DNA of 18,597 nucleotides from Octopus sinensis (GCF_006345805.1 NW_021824528.1:1-18597), one strand, 5' to 3'; shown: positions 1 through 11,649, numbered from the stretch's first letter. Notes: a model not told the origin generated them from the sequence alone. Numbers and translations: made by a program.

Positions 1-60
1 CACACACACATAGGGAAAGAGATAGAGAGAGAGAGAGAGCAAGAACGAGAAAGAGAGGAG
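1..60. repeat. (CA)n/(GA)n microsatellite
   Basis: Visible CA run followed by an imperfect GA/purine run. Confidence 0.85.
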
Positions 61-69
61 AGTCAAACA

Positions 70-510
70 AAGAAAGATAATTATAAAAGAATAGACAAAT
101 TGGGCAATATCCAGGGACGCCTGCAGCCAGAATATTTAACTATAAACAGGACGCCATCATGCTTCATGAATAACTTTCCGCACCAAGGAAAAAAAGTAAT
201 TAATTAGAATTCCACTGGTATTGTTAGCAACAATCATAATGCAAATATTTAATCACCTCCCCATCTACCAAGCAAAAAATTATTTTTTCCTAAATAAGGG
301 CGCCCTCCCGAAATTCGAACTTAGTAAATACAGAATTTATAGGTACGTGAGTGTATCTTATCAGCATAGTGACGACTCCGCACATGTTATGGCTTCATTA
401 GGATCTAGCGAACCATAGACTAATTTTTACTCCAAGTCCTTTGGATGACTACAGAAGTATATACGATTTTCGTTTCTTAGAATTATTATTCTTATTGTTG
501 AATGAATAAT
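70..510 (+). repeat. Diverged direct repeat, copy 1 (partner at about 2590-3068)
   Basis: Collinear shared blocks: aatatccag, aatatttaac, aattaatta.aattccact, caacaatcataatgcaaatat.taatcacc, gaaattcgaact, gtgagt, acatgtta, tgacta.a.aagtata, ttct.attg.tgaa.gaata. Confidence 0.8.
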
Positions 511-745
511 TTTAATCAAATATGAAATTTCCGGCTTACTACCTCAAATGTGTTAGCATCCTCGTTGCCATTGACTTTCTAAGCAGCAATCTTCCAAGTT
601 ATAATTGCCCTCAGAGTTTATTGATGAGAATGCCACGTTCCCCTCTAGTTATTCTAAAGATGTGAGGTTCAATAAGGCTGGAACATATTCGGAGTTGTCC
701 CTATGCTGCTGAACAGCATTGAATATTTAATGTATTTTAACTAAG

Positions 746-820
746 ACTTTTTCTATTAATTCAATTTAATTAAAAACTTTTTCTATTAATATAATTTAAT
801 TAAAACTTTTTCTAAAAATT
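746..820. repeat. AT-rich tandem repeat, about 29-30 bp unit, about 2.5 copies
   Basis: Unit actttttctattaat(tc/at)aatttaattaaa(a) starts at 746, 776 and 805. Confidence 0.85.
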
Positions 821-867
821 CTACCCCTAGAATTTTTAAAAATCACATCAAGTCACATTTGCAAAAG

Positions 868-1022
868 ATATACATACATACACACACTCACACGTGCGCG
901 CGTATGTATGTATGTATGTATGTATGTATGTATGTATGTATGTATGTATGTATGTACATACGTGCGCGCGTATGTATGTATGTATGTATGTATGTGTTTG
1001 TGGATCTATGTACGTATATATA
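868..1022. repeat. (TATG)n compound microsatellite with a duplicated acgtgcgcgcg spacer
   Basis: TATG arrays; acgtgcgcgcgtatgtatg occurs at about 892 and about 960. Confidence 0.9.
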
Positions 1023-1024
1023 TC

Positions 1025-1104
1025 GTGAAGTATCTTGTTACCACGCCATTATCGACGTCCACCACATATATGGAACGGCATGAATGTCTTATGTTCAAGC
1101 TGGC
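1025..1104 (+). repeat. About 80 bp direct repeat, copy 1 (partner at 1705-1783)
   Basis: gtga(a)gtatcttgttaccacgccattatcgacgtccaccacatatatggaa.ggcat.aatgtcttatgttca.gctggc is near-identical at both sites. Confidence 0.95.
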
Positions 1105-1463
1105 TCAGTTGTTAGGGTGTCGGACCCACAATCATGACGTAGTGAGTTCGATTCCTGGGCTCACAATCATGAGGTAGTGAGTTCGATTTCCAGGCTGTGT
1201 GTTGTGTTCTTGAGCAAGATACTTCATTTCACCATGCTCCAGTTCACTCAGCTGTAGAAATGAGTTGCGACGTCACTGGTGCCAAGCTGTTTCAACCTTT
1301 GCTTTACCCTTGGATAACATTGTTGTCATGGAGACTGGAGGCTGGTATGCCTGGGCGACTGCTGGGCTTCCACAAAATCCTTGCCTGGACTTTTGCCTCG
1401 AAGGGGAACTTTCTAGGTGTAATCCCACGGTCATTCCTGGCCGAAGAGGGTCATTTTCTCTTT
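1101..1463 (+). mobile_element. tRNA-derived CORE-like SINE (type A) with a duplicated B box
   Basis: A box tggctcagttgttag and B box gttcgattcc. CORE-like block gctgtgtgttgtgttcttgagcaagatacttcatttc...ccagttcactcagctgtagaaatgag. Collinear with the copy at 8670-8992. Octopus OR1/OR2 are known CORE SINEs, but the exact family was not verified. Confidence 0.88.
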
Positions 1464-1704
1464 ATATGTATGTATATATTTATAAGTGTGTATACAAATA
1501 TACTTAAACATACACTTCCACAGAATATCAATCTGTATATGTATATATCTGTGTGTATGTGAAAATGTGACGTTTTGTGTGTACGGGCGCGCGAGTGTGT
1601 ATGCACATGTGACAGCATGCCCATTGATTCAAACGTATATCCATATTCTGCGAACTCCCCAGATCTGGTAAAATGCACCCGACGAACCAGCCATACTACC
1701 GAGG

Positions 1705-1783
1705 GTGAGTATCTTGTTACCACGCCATTATCGACGTCCACCACATATATGGAAAGGCATCAATGTCTTATGTTCATGCTGGC
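1705..1783 (+). repeat. About 80 bp direct repeat, copy 2
   Basis: Near-identical to 1025-1104. Confidence 0.95.
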
Positions 1784-1884
1784 CCTTATAAAGTGATCGA
1801 GTTGTGGGTCGGCATACGTCAAGAAATTGGCTCTTATTGCGTGGGATATTAATTTAGTAATATTTTAAGAAAGATGTGCATATG

Positions 1885-1890
1885 TAGATA

Positions 1891-1936
<46 letters not shown>

Positions 1937-1990
1937 TGTGTGATTACGTGAGTGTGCATGTATGTATCTGTATATAAATGTGCGCGTGTG
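1885..1990. repeat. (TG)n microsatellite with degenerate flank
   Basis: Pure TG run at about 1895-1935. Confidence 0.9.
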
Positions 1991-2039
1991 TACAATTATC
2001 AGAATCATACAGAACACAAACACATACACATTCATGTCA

Positions 2040-2086
2040 ATATATATGTATATGAGTATGTATGATATATTTATCCATGCACATGC

Positions 2087-2158
<72 letters not shown>

Positions 2159-2176
2159 ACATACATACGTATGTAT
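2040..2176. repeat. (TA)n-rich compound microsatellite
   Basis: TA run at about 2096-2159 with TG/TACA flanks. Confidence 0.9.
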
Positions 2177-2181
2177 AGTAG

Positions 2182-2528
2182 TTACTTGATTCAGTCATTT
2201 GACTGCAGCCGTGCTGGAGCAATCCCTGTAGTCGAGCAAATCAACCCCAGAACTTATTCTCTGTAAGCCTAGTACTTATTCTATCGTTTTTTTTTGCCGA
2301 ACTGCTGGGGACGTAAATACACCAACATCGGTTGTCAAATGATGGTGGGGGGACAAACACAGATACACCCATAAACATATATGCGACTGGTTTCTTTCAG
2401 TTTCTGTCTGCCAAATCCACTCACAATGCTTCGGTCGGCCCGAGGCTATAGTAGAAAACACTTGCTCAAGATGCCACGCAGTGGGACTGAACCCGGAATC
2501 ATGTGGTTAGTAAGCAAGCTACTTACCA
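2182..2528 (-). mobile_element. tRNA-derived SINE type C (internal microsatellite type)
   Basis: Reverse complement is collinear with 13171-13570: head ggtaagtagcttgcttac...ccgggttcagtcccactgcgtggca, body gatagaataagtactaggcttaca, tail gcagtcaaatgactgaa.caagtaa. Confidence 0.92.
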
Positions 2529-2582
2529 GAGAGAGAGAGGGAGGGGAGAGGGAGAGAGAGAGGGAGAGAGAGAGGAGAGAGT
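2529..2582. repeat. (GA)n microsatellite
   Basis: Imperfect GA run. Confidence 0.9.
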
Positions 2583-2589
2583 GAGCCGC

Positions 2590-3068
2590 ACAAAGAAATA
2601 TAATTATAGATTAATGACTGACGTGGGGGAATATCCAGAGACCTCTGCTGCATAAATATTTAACAGTAGATAGGACGTTAACATACTCGATGAATAAAGC
2701 TAAACATACGCGTGCGCACATACACAGAAATTAATTAATTAAAATTCCACTATTATCGTTGACAACAATCATAATGCAAATATCTAATCACCGTCCATAA
2801 CAAACAAGAAAAAAAGAAAAAGAATGAAAAGAGAAAAAATAGGAAAAAAACCCACCTGAAATTCGAACTATAAGTGAATATAAAACATAGTGGTTGTCAT
2901 GTGAGTTTTCGCAGTTTATTGACTGATGACTCTGGACATGTTACCGCTTCACCAGGCCTTAGCTATTTATAGTTTCATTGTTCCCTCAAGATGTTAAGGT
3001 GACTATAAAAGTATAGAGGATTTCGCGTCATAGAATCATATCATTGTTCTCATTGCTGAAGGAATATA
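2590..3068 (+). repeat. Diverged direct repeat, copy 2 (partner at about 70-510)
   Basis: Same ordered blocks as 70-510. Similarity stops at the (TA)n/transposon junction at about 3070. Confidence 0.8.
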
Positions 3069-3100
3069 CTTTATATATATATATATATATTATATATATA

Positions 3101-4527
<1,427 letters not shown>

Positions 4528-4799
4528 AATTTGTTAATTTGTCAACTAGAAACACCGTATACTGAAAAACTCAAGAAAGATATCCTATGCCTAGGCATAC
4601 ACAAAAATGAAGCAAAAACATTGAACGTTCACCTTCAAAAGTTATCCTCCAGCATAGTCTTAGGTGAGATGATAGAAAACAATCTAAATAACTGAACTAT
4701 GATGTACTTGGCTAATGAGGAGAAGCTTGACGTCTGAGGGTGTTAGGTAGGCAGTTGTGTTATATACGAAGCTGACATTGTACAGTGTTTCTAGCGGAG

Positions 4800-5770
4800 T
4801 TTAATTGAAAATGAGGAGGCTTTGTTGCTAAATCTATAACGATCTTCTTGTCTGGTAACTGAATTAAGAAGGAAAGCGGAAGCAGTGATTAGAGGAGTGT
4901 GGAAGGAAGCAGGTATTATTTTATCGCAGATATGCCACAGATACGTGAAAGAAAGACGTCAGTTGAGAGTGAAAAGATATTCTCAGAATTTCTTGTTTCT
5001 AATGGTTTTGTTTAGAGTAAACATGGATAAACTGAATGGCAGTCCTAATGAAAAATTACCTTGAATTTTTTTTTTGTTTTTTAGTTATACGACCCACCTG
5101 ATGATGAGCCATGTCTCATGCAGTCCGCTTCTCGAAAAGGGTTGCCCATGGATGGTTCAGAAGGAGCTACACTCATGCCTTTAGTAGGCCAGCCACCTGA
5201 GACCAGTGAAATCGACGTTCATCTTGGATAGTTGCCATGAATACAGGAAAATCGTAGGTAATGAAGGAATTGTTGTCCGATTGGCGTTCTGAAAAGAAAC
5301 GATTGGGAGAAGCTGTTAGTGCAAGGACCTAAAAGAAGTAAGTACAATATGGCTGGTGAGACAAAAAGGCACGCGTAAACGGTGTGTACCCTGATGAAGA
5401 TAATACAAGACCAGCTAGCTTCGAAGATCACGGGCCCAGTTGCAGTAGAAAAGGTAGAATGAAGAGACAGCAAGTCTGTGAACAAGAGTTTGAGATGTTG
5501 AAGACCGTTCAACTTCATGTCAATCGAATAGTAACAGTAATGTCCAGTTGTGATAACATCATTTCATTGTTGGTCTCACTCGTTAATTAGAATTTGAAGT
5601 GGTTTTTGTAGCTAAATCGATGACATCCTTCTTTACCCGGGAATTGAATTTAGAAGGACAGTGGAGCATTGATCGGCGAACTGCAGAGAGAAACATAATG
5701 TTCCATTGATCATGGAAATGGTGAATACACGTGAAAGAAAAAGTTAATGTGTTCAGTAGAAAAAACAAAT
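4800..5770 (-). mobile_element. Possible decayed Penelope-like ORF N-terminal remnants (two diverged copies)
   Basis: 4801-4954 and 5583-5740 are collinear diverged copies. Minus-strand fragments FLSR...KIIPASF and HINF..., RFS.K loosely resemble the HxxFLxxC..IP motif of PLE ORF N-termini. The family call is weak. Confidence 0.3.
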
Positions 5771-6171
5771 AATTTCCAATCAAGAGTAAAATTAAATGTT
5801 AGAGATGCTGCAGCTGTCCTTGGTTTCGCTTGCTGACGACTGAGACGCAGAAAGAACATAGATCATGAGGTGATAGCATCAATGTTGTTTCACACCACCA
5901 GACTAGTGTTACTTCGATAAGTGCCCAAAATCTTTGTGCGTCCTCAGCTCGAACAGTTTGTAGATATATATTTTTCTCTGCGTGCTTGTGTGTTAGTGTA
6001 TCTATGCATATGTGGGTATTGATAAATAGGAAGAAAAGGAAAAGGGGATACAGACACAGTTATACATGCACGTATATGTACGTACACAAATATGTTTTAG
6101 TTTTTCCCATATTTCAACAAAGTACTTTAGTTTAAGAAAGTGCTAGAGACTTTTGAAAAAATGAGTGAGTT

Positions 6172-6222
6172 AAGAGAGAGAGGGGGAGAGAGGGAGAGAG
6201 AGAGAGAGAAAGAGAGGAGAGG
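6172..6222. repeat. (GA)n microsatellite
   Basis: Directly visible; marks the end of the LINE RT remnant. Confidence 0.9.
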
Positions 6223-6224
6223 AA

Positions 6225-7450
6225 AATTGGAGAACCTTTAGCATTCACGAGTGGGGAATAGAAACGAATGCGATCTAGTAATTTAAACAGACTAGCTAAA
6301 TTTCTCTTATACCGACGCACCTATAAAATCATAGTTTTAAAAATTAGAAGTTGCTCCGCCCAACTGTTTTCTGTCAACTTCATGTTTGCTTTGATGATAT
6401 TGTTACTATCACTGTGATCCTGGAGGAATAAGTTTTGACAAGTTGTATATATTTTATACGTTAAATTCTGGCATGAAATTGGTTGATAGGTTTTCGCCAT
6501 ATCAGTGCCTTTGTTTCTTGGGAATTAAGATTATTCTTACCATCAGCAACCAGTTTCTTACATTACATATCACTACTGAGATTTTGGCGGCAGTCGTCTA
6601 TAAGGTAACCCTAGTAAGCGATGACAGTTTTTCTGTACAGTGCTTCGCTACTCTGGAGTTTTCCTGTCTCAATCTGAATAGTACCGCTATTGATATTATA
6701 TGCTTTGGGTGCGATGCAGGGACAATGCCTTTTCAGATTTCTTGTCATATCGTATCCTTGTTAAACTTGCCCTCATTCCAGACTTCCTCCCGGAATGACT
6801 CAGTATATTCCTCAGACGTAGTCTGTGTCATTTATCGATAGCCTTCTCATATTCCTGTAAACTGTTGATTGGTTTCGACTGAATTTCTTATTAATTTTCT
6901 TTCAGCTGCAGTTTCTCACCGACAGTTTTTAACTACTGCTTGAAGGTGATCAATTTATACGCAAGCGTACTCGTTTTACTGTCTTCAGACACCGCTTTTT
7001 CTTTTCTTATTCTTTTTTTGTTTGTTTTGTTTTTGTAAAGCACTTTTGTTGGTTGGGACTGTAGTTATTTGTTTGTGCATAATAAATACCACCGCATAAA
7101 TGATAGTTTCCTCCATCTTTTGAAAATCTCTGACAGCAGTTTTACTATTGCTTTGCATTCGTTTACTTCTTTACTATCTCCGAGGTACTGAAAAGAAACA
7201 TTACTGCTATAAGTAGTCAATCAAGATTTCGTTAATCCCTTGGAGATCTCGTTTTACCGTGTTGTAGCAATGACACAAGTCATTATTGTGTTTAGAACTC
7301 CAAGAAAAAATTACATTTTAGTTTTGGTTTCTTCTAAAGCTGTACTATTTTAAGCTTTTCTTTTTACCTGTTCTAACACTTTTCTTTATTTTGGTTGTTC
7401 TCCGATGATGTTGATGTCGTGTTCAATCATGTTTGTAGCAAATTTCTGCA
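6225..7450 (-). mobile_element. Decayed RLE-type (R2/R4-like) non-LTR retrotransposon, N-terminal region to early RT subdomains
   Basis: Minus strand with frameshifts: EEYTESFREEVWNEGKFNKD, NWLLMVRIILIPKK, AKTYQPISCQNLTYKIYT..NLFLQDH...NNII, EQLLIFKTM..VRRYKRNL, AFVSIPHS*MLKVL. These match the LIPK / YRPIxC / QLL / AFDSxPH motifs of non-LTR RT. The boundary above about 6900 is uncertain. Confidence 0.82.
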
Positions 7451-7627
7451 TGGTAAATTCTGGTTTGAGACGACTATCACTAGACTGAAACGAAAGATTC
7501 TTCGTATGAATGTTATCGGAGGAACATGCAGTTATTTAACAAGTTACGACATTAATACTAGAAATAATATTCGTTGCAAATTCACTGAATAGTCTCTGCG
7601 CATAGCATGCAACTGCTTATGCCTAAT

Positions 7628-7630
<3 letters not shown>

Positions 7631-7702
<72 letters not shown>

Positions 7703-7735
7703 ATGTATATATATATGTATATGTATATATATATG
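7631..7735. repeat. (TA)n microsatellite
   Basis: Directly visible; lies between two LINE remnants. Confidence 0.95.
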
Positions 7736-7942
7736 TAAAAAAAATACAAACTGGGACAAGAACACATCTGTACGTATGCTTATTTGATAATTTTTTTAGT
7801 AACTTAATGAAATTTTTCTGCAAAGAAAGAAATTGGTTGCTAGCTAAGACACAAAGATCCATGATTGAAATTTAGATAACAACAATAATTAGTTACAAGG
7901 GACGGTAGGGACTTTAGTATGAAACGGCTGGTGAGATTAATG

Positions 7943-9420
7943 TTAAATGATGAATTTTAGAAAACTGTTAATTTTTACGTCTCGGCGCTTAGAATGAAAG
8001 TGCAGATTGCATGTTAGCTGGTATCTTTCTTTCGCATTTTTGACAGTTCATTTTTTATTCACTTAATATCACAACTAAGTGGAGGATAATTACGGGTATA
8101 AATGCAAATTTATAATCTGGGTACAGAAGCAATAGGTTTCAAAGTTCTTGACAACTACTTCGTAAAGGTTCCCTTATTCACTGATTTTTTTAAAGCAGTG
8201 TTCATCTCTGCTGAACAACTGTCTTCTAGGCAACAGTGCGTAAAATTTATATTCTGCCCGAAACAACTATATTATGCACGCCGTCAGGATCTTGACAGGA
8301 ATGTTCTCCCTCAAATTTCTCTCATCGAAACATAAGTAACTATATTCTGTATTTACTTCGGAGCAGTCTTTCCTTTCCTACGTATTGCATTGTATATCGT
8401 TTTAGAACAGCTGATAGCCACATGTGCATTATCTTCCTCAATCATGGAATATAATTGACATTTTCAATCGCGCCTTGAGATTTAAGGGTGATTTTGTTTC
8501 TGTTGTTCACCATGTATTTTGTAGATACTTCCTGTTCTTGATTTGCATGAGTATAAACATTGAAACGTGACGCAATGTTACGGTCACAAATACACGAAAG
8601 GCTTCACTTCCCGTTGATTTTAGCATAGCTCTCGAGCTTATTAGAAAATAGCCATATATGCATAACCGTAGTTCAGTGGTTAGAATGTCGGGTTCACAAT
8701 CATCAGCTGGTGAGTTCGATTCCCGGACCGGGCTGTGTGTTGTGTTCTTCAGCAAGACACTTTATTTCACGTTGCTCCAGTTCACTCAGCTGAAGAAATG
8801 AATTGCGGCGTCACTGGTGCCAAGCTGTATAAACCTTTGCCTTTCCCTTGGATAACATCAGTGGCCTGGAGAGGAGAAGCTGGTAAGCCTGGGTGACTGC
8901 AGGTCTTCCATAAACAACCTTGCTCGGACTATGTGCCATCTCATGGTCATTCATGACCGAAGTGAGTGTTTACCCCACCTTTCTTTTTTTTACATAACCG
9001 TTTGGTATATACAAAATATTACTTTTTGGGGTTTTGTTGAAGCAGGTTTGTACGGCCCCTTATGATCGAATGTTACATCTTCAGGATCAGTCCCGTGAGA
9101 TGTTGTTCCCTTTTCGTTTTAACAATTATTTTACGTATTTCTTTTAGTAGCTATCGTTTAGCACCTGCGAAACGACAGCAGCCAAAGGACACTCGAAATC
9201 TTTTTTTTTTTTCTTCTTTTATTGCTTTATCCAGGTTTTGTTTCTCATTGCTAAGTGATTCATTAATATTTGAACACTGTTTCTTGAAATTTTTCCTGTC
9301 ACCGAATTAGCAGATTCCCTGCTCCGGGCTTACAGGCATAAACAAAGAACTTCATTTCTTGTTGACCCAGATCACGCTTATTTCAGCCACGTCGCATGAA
9401 ACATATGCTTAATCTATTTT
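7943..9420 (-). mobile_element. Decayed RLE-type non-LTR retrotransposon, 3' half (post-RT to endonuclease C-terminus), interrupted by a SINE
   Basis: Minus strand: YGYFL, SLSCICDRNIASRFNVYTHANQEQEVSTKYM, SKTIYNAIRRK, ENIPVK, SCSAEMN, NLLLLYPDYKFAFIPVII, GDVKINSFLKFII* (stop at 7943-7945). Paralogous to the 11650-11950 fragment. The part above 9001 is weakly supported. Confidence 0.75.
8670..8992 (+). mobile_element. tRNA-derived CORE-like SINE (type A) with 9-bp target site duplication
   Basis: A box agttcagtggttag, B box gttcgattccc, CORE-like block, collinear with 1101-1463. Flanked by cataaccgt at 8661-8669 and 8993-9001. Confidence 0.92.
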
Positions 9421-9921
9421 ACAAGAGTAAAAAAAAAAAAAAATACAAAACACGTAGCTATATCGGAAACTGCTAAAATCAACAACTTAATGTCTATTCA
9501 CGGAAAAGGGGAAAAAAAAAAGTATCATTATTGCGTAAATCAAAATTTAACTTCTGTAATATAAAATGATAAAAATAAAGTAAACTAACGCTACTACATC
9601 GTACGATAAATAACATTAAATTTGATAGCATAATTGTTCGTAGTAACATAATAAATGCGTTGAGAAAATTACTGCAACAAAACTAATTTCAATATTCAAA
9701 TCATGAAAACACAGTCTGCTCTGTCAGATCTCATTTTTTATGACATTTTAATTCACTGTTTAGTGCGAGGAGGAGGTGGGGAAATATTCACGACCATTTC
9801 CTGACCGTCCAAGACTGGTAAGAAGAAAGGTTGAAATTATTGTCAGATTACAGGCAAGGTCCAAATATTTGCAATAGAGAGGACACTGTTAAAGATATCC
9901 AAGGCTCTTTAGATAGAGATA

Positions 9922-10101
9922 TCTTTTATCTTTTTCATTAGGTTGCGGCCGCGTTCGGACAATGTCTTGAAGGGGTTTAGTCGACCCCCAGGACTTAAGT
10001 TGTTTTTTGTATTTTTGTAAGTCCAGTACTTATTCTATAAGCCACTTTTACTGAACCGCTAACTCACGAGGACGTAAACAAACCAGTCACACGCACACAC
10101 A

Positions 10102-10170
<69 letters not shown>

Positions 10171-10323
10171 GTGTAAGTATGTATACGATGTACTTCCACA
10201 CTGGTTCCGTGCACCCGGGGCTATAGTAGACAATATGTACCCAAGGTGATGCGCAGTAGGACTGAACCCGAAGCGACGCGGTTGCAAAAGCGAGCGCTTT
10301 TTTTTAACTCCATAACTATGCCT
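9922..10323 (-). mobile_element. tRNA-derived SINE type C, older diverged copy with internal (CA)n
   Basis: Reverse-complement similarity to 13171-13570 (ggactgaaccc, ggctatagtaga, gtacttattctat, ttgcggcc). (CA)n at about 10088-10167. Confidence 0.8.
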
Positions 10324-10484
10324 ACTCCGAATGCAGCGCTTAAGTAAAAATTTGCCAGATTTGTGTAACAAACCCACTTATCAACTGCATTAAACAAAAC
10401 CGTTTCTATGGAAAGTTTTGCTTGAATCTTAAACAGGAAAAATAAGTTGAACTGACTTCTACATTTTTACTTTATCAACGTGTA

Positions 10485-10630
10485 CTCGAGTTAGCAGGGG
10501 AGTAGCTTCTATACGGTCATTCAACTTGCAAGACACAACAAAATCATTCTTAGATGTGTTTTTTTTTCTTTAAAAGGAAAGTATACGTTTTGATAACGTT
10601 ATCTATCACATAAACGAGATGTCATGAACG
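10485..10630 (+). mobile_element. Decayed interspersed repeat fragment (unclassified, possibly a SINE/LINE 3' region)
   Basis: ggtcattcaacttgc...aaaaggaaagtatac..ttgataacgt resembles an octopus repeat recalled from memory. Not verifiable here. Confidence 0.3.
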
Positions 10631-10816
10631 AAAACAAATGCCTGCTCTTTCAGGACCGATCCAAACTCATTATGTTTATCCAAAATGCAATGGATATACA
10701 TAGTGGTTTGATTATTTGCCTCGGTGTGGATATCATACCAGCATATCCAAAACATCGAATATTAGGGCAGATCACTGCATTGGTCAACAGCCGTATGATT
10801 CAGTGGGACAGATCTC

Positions 10817-11014
10817 GGCGCCGATGTGGCTGTGTGTAAGAAGCTTTGCTTCCCAACCACATGGTTCTGGGTTCAGCCCCACTGTGTGACACTTTGGGTA
10901 AGTGTCTTCTGCTACAGTCTCTGGCCCACCAAAGCCTTGCGAGTGGATTTGGTAGATGAAACTAAAAAAGCCCGTCTTGTGTGTGTATATATACATACAT
11001 ATATATATATATAT

Positions 11015-11092
<78 letters not shown>

Positions 11093-11292
11093 TGTGTGTT
11101 GTGTGTGTGTGTGTGTGTGTTGTGTGTTTGTGTCTGTATTTGTTCCTCGCCATCACTTGACAACCGTTGTTTGTGTGTTTGTGCCAGACTTAAAAAAGAG
11201 AACTGGGGTTAATTCGTTCGTTTAAAAGCATCTCCAAGGCGATGCACCAGCGTGGCCGCAGTCTAATGACTGAAACAAGTAAAACATAGAAG
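10817..11292 (+). mobile_element. tRNA-derived SINE type C with expanded internal (TA)n(TG)n
   Basis: Head gtggctgtgtgtaagaagctttgcttcccaaccacatggttctgggttcag and tail ggccgcagtctaatgactgaaacaagtaaaa. Microsatellite at about 10979-11135. Part of the 3' body is deleted. Confidence 0.9.
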
Positions 11293-11364
11293 ATTATGCT
11301 CTTTACTCAAGATGCACTTCTAATGTTCCGACAAAACTGATACGTACTATATACTATTTTATGC

Positions 11365-11480
11365 TATTGCTGCTTAGGTCAAGGTCAGCTCTGATCGAAC
11401 AGAGCCATGCTCAAAGTTTTCCAGCCACGACCTGTCGATATATTATGATACTCAGCATCTCTAGGACGTCGTTATGATTA
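11365..11480 (-). mobile_element. Decayed interspersed repeat 3' end (unclassified)
   Basis: aggtcagctctgatcgaacaga...ttccagccacgacc resembles the tail of an octopus repeat recalled from memory. Not verifiable here. Confidence 0.35.
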
Positions 11481-11649
11481 AATAGTAGAATGGATTTAAC
11501 CACTGTATGCATAATATATACAATCTGAACTAAAAATACAATTTAATACAGTAGGAATCGAATAAAAAAAAGGACATATTTGAAGCTTATAGTTTCTGTA
11601 AGTACATATATTTAGCTAAAGGTTACTAAATGTATTAAGTATATTTGCA

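Noticed and set aside
746-820. CRISPR-like array or prokaryotic defence system
   Set aside because: The repeats are contiguous with no spacers, there are no cas-like ORFs, and the whole window is eukaryotic in character.
5091-5160. Hammerhead-like motif CTGATGA-t-gag...ctc-GAAA
   Set aside because: Both boxes and a short stem II are present, but there is no valid UH triplet and stem I pairing is poor. At best a decayed relic, and it is on the opposite strand to the neighbouring putative ORF remnants.
5385-5440. CTGATGAAG...CTTCGAAG hammerhead-like motif
   Set aside because: The second box is GAAG rather than GAAA, and stems I and III cannot be formed.
5804-5880. gatgct/agcatc inverted ends enclosing CTGACGA...GAAA (plus) and CTCATGA...CGAAAC (minus)
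   Set aside because: Neither strand gives a complete core with stem III and an NUH site.
6443-6841. 132-aa plus-strand ORF as a membrane protein
   Set aside because: It is the antisense shadow of the decayed LINE RT on the minus strand.
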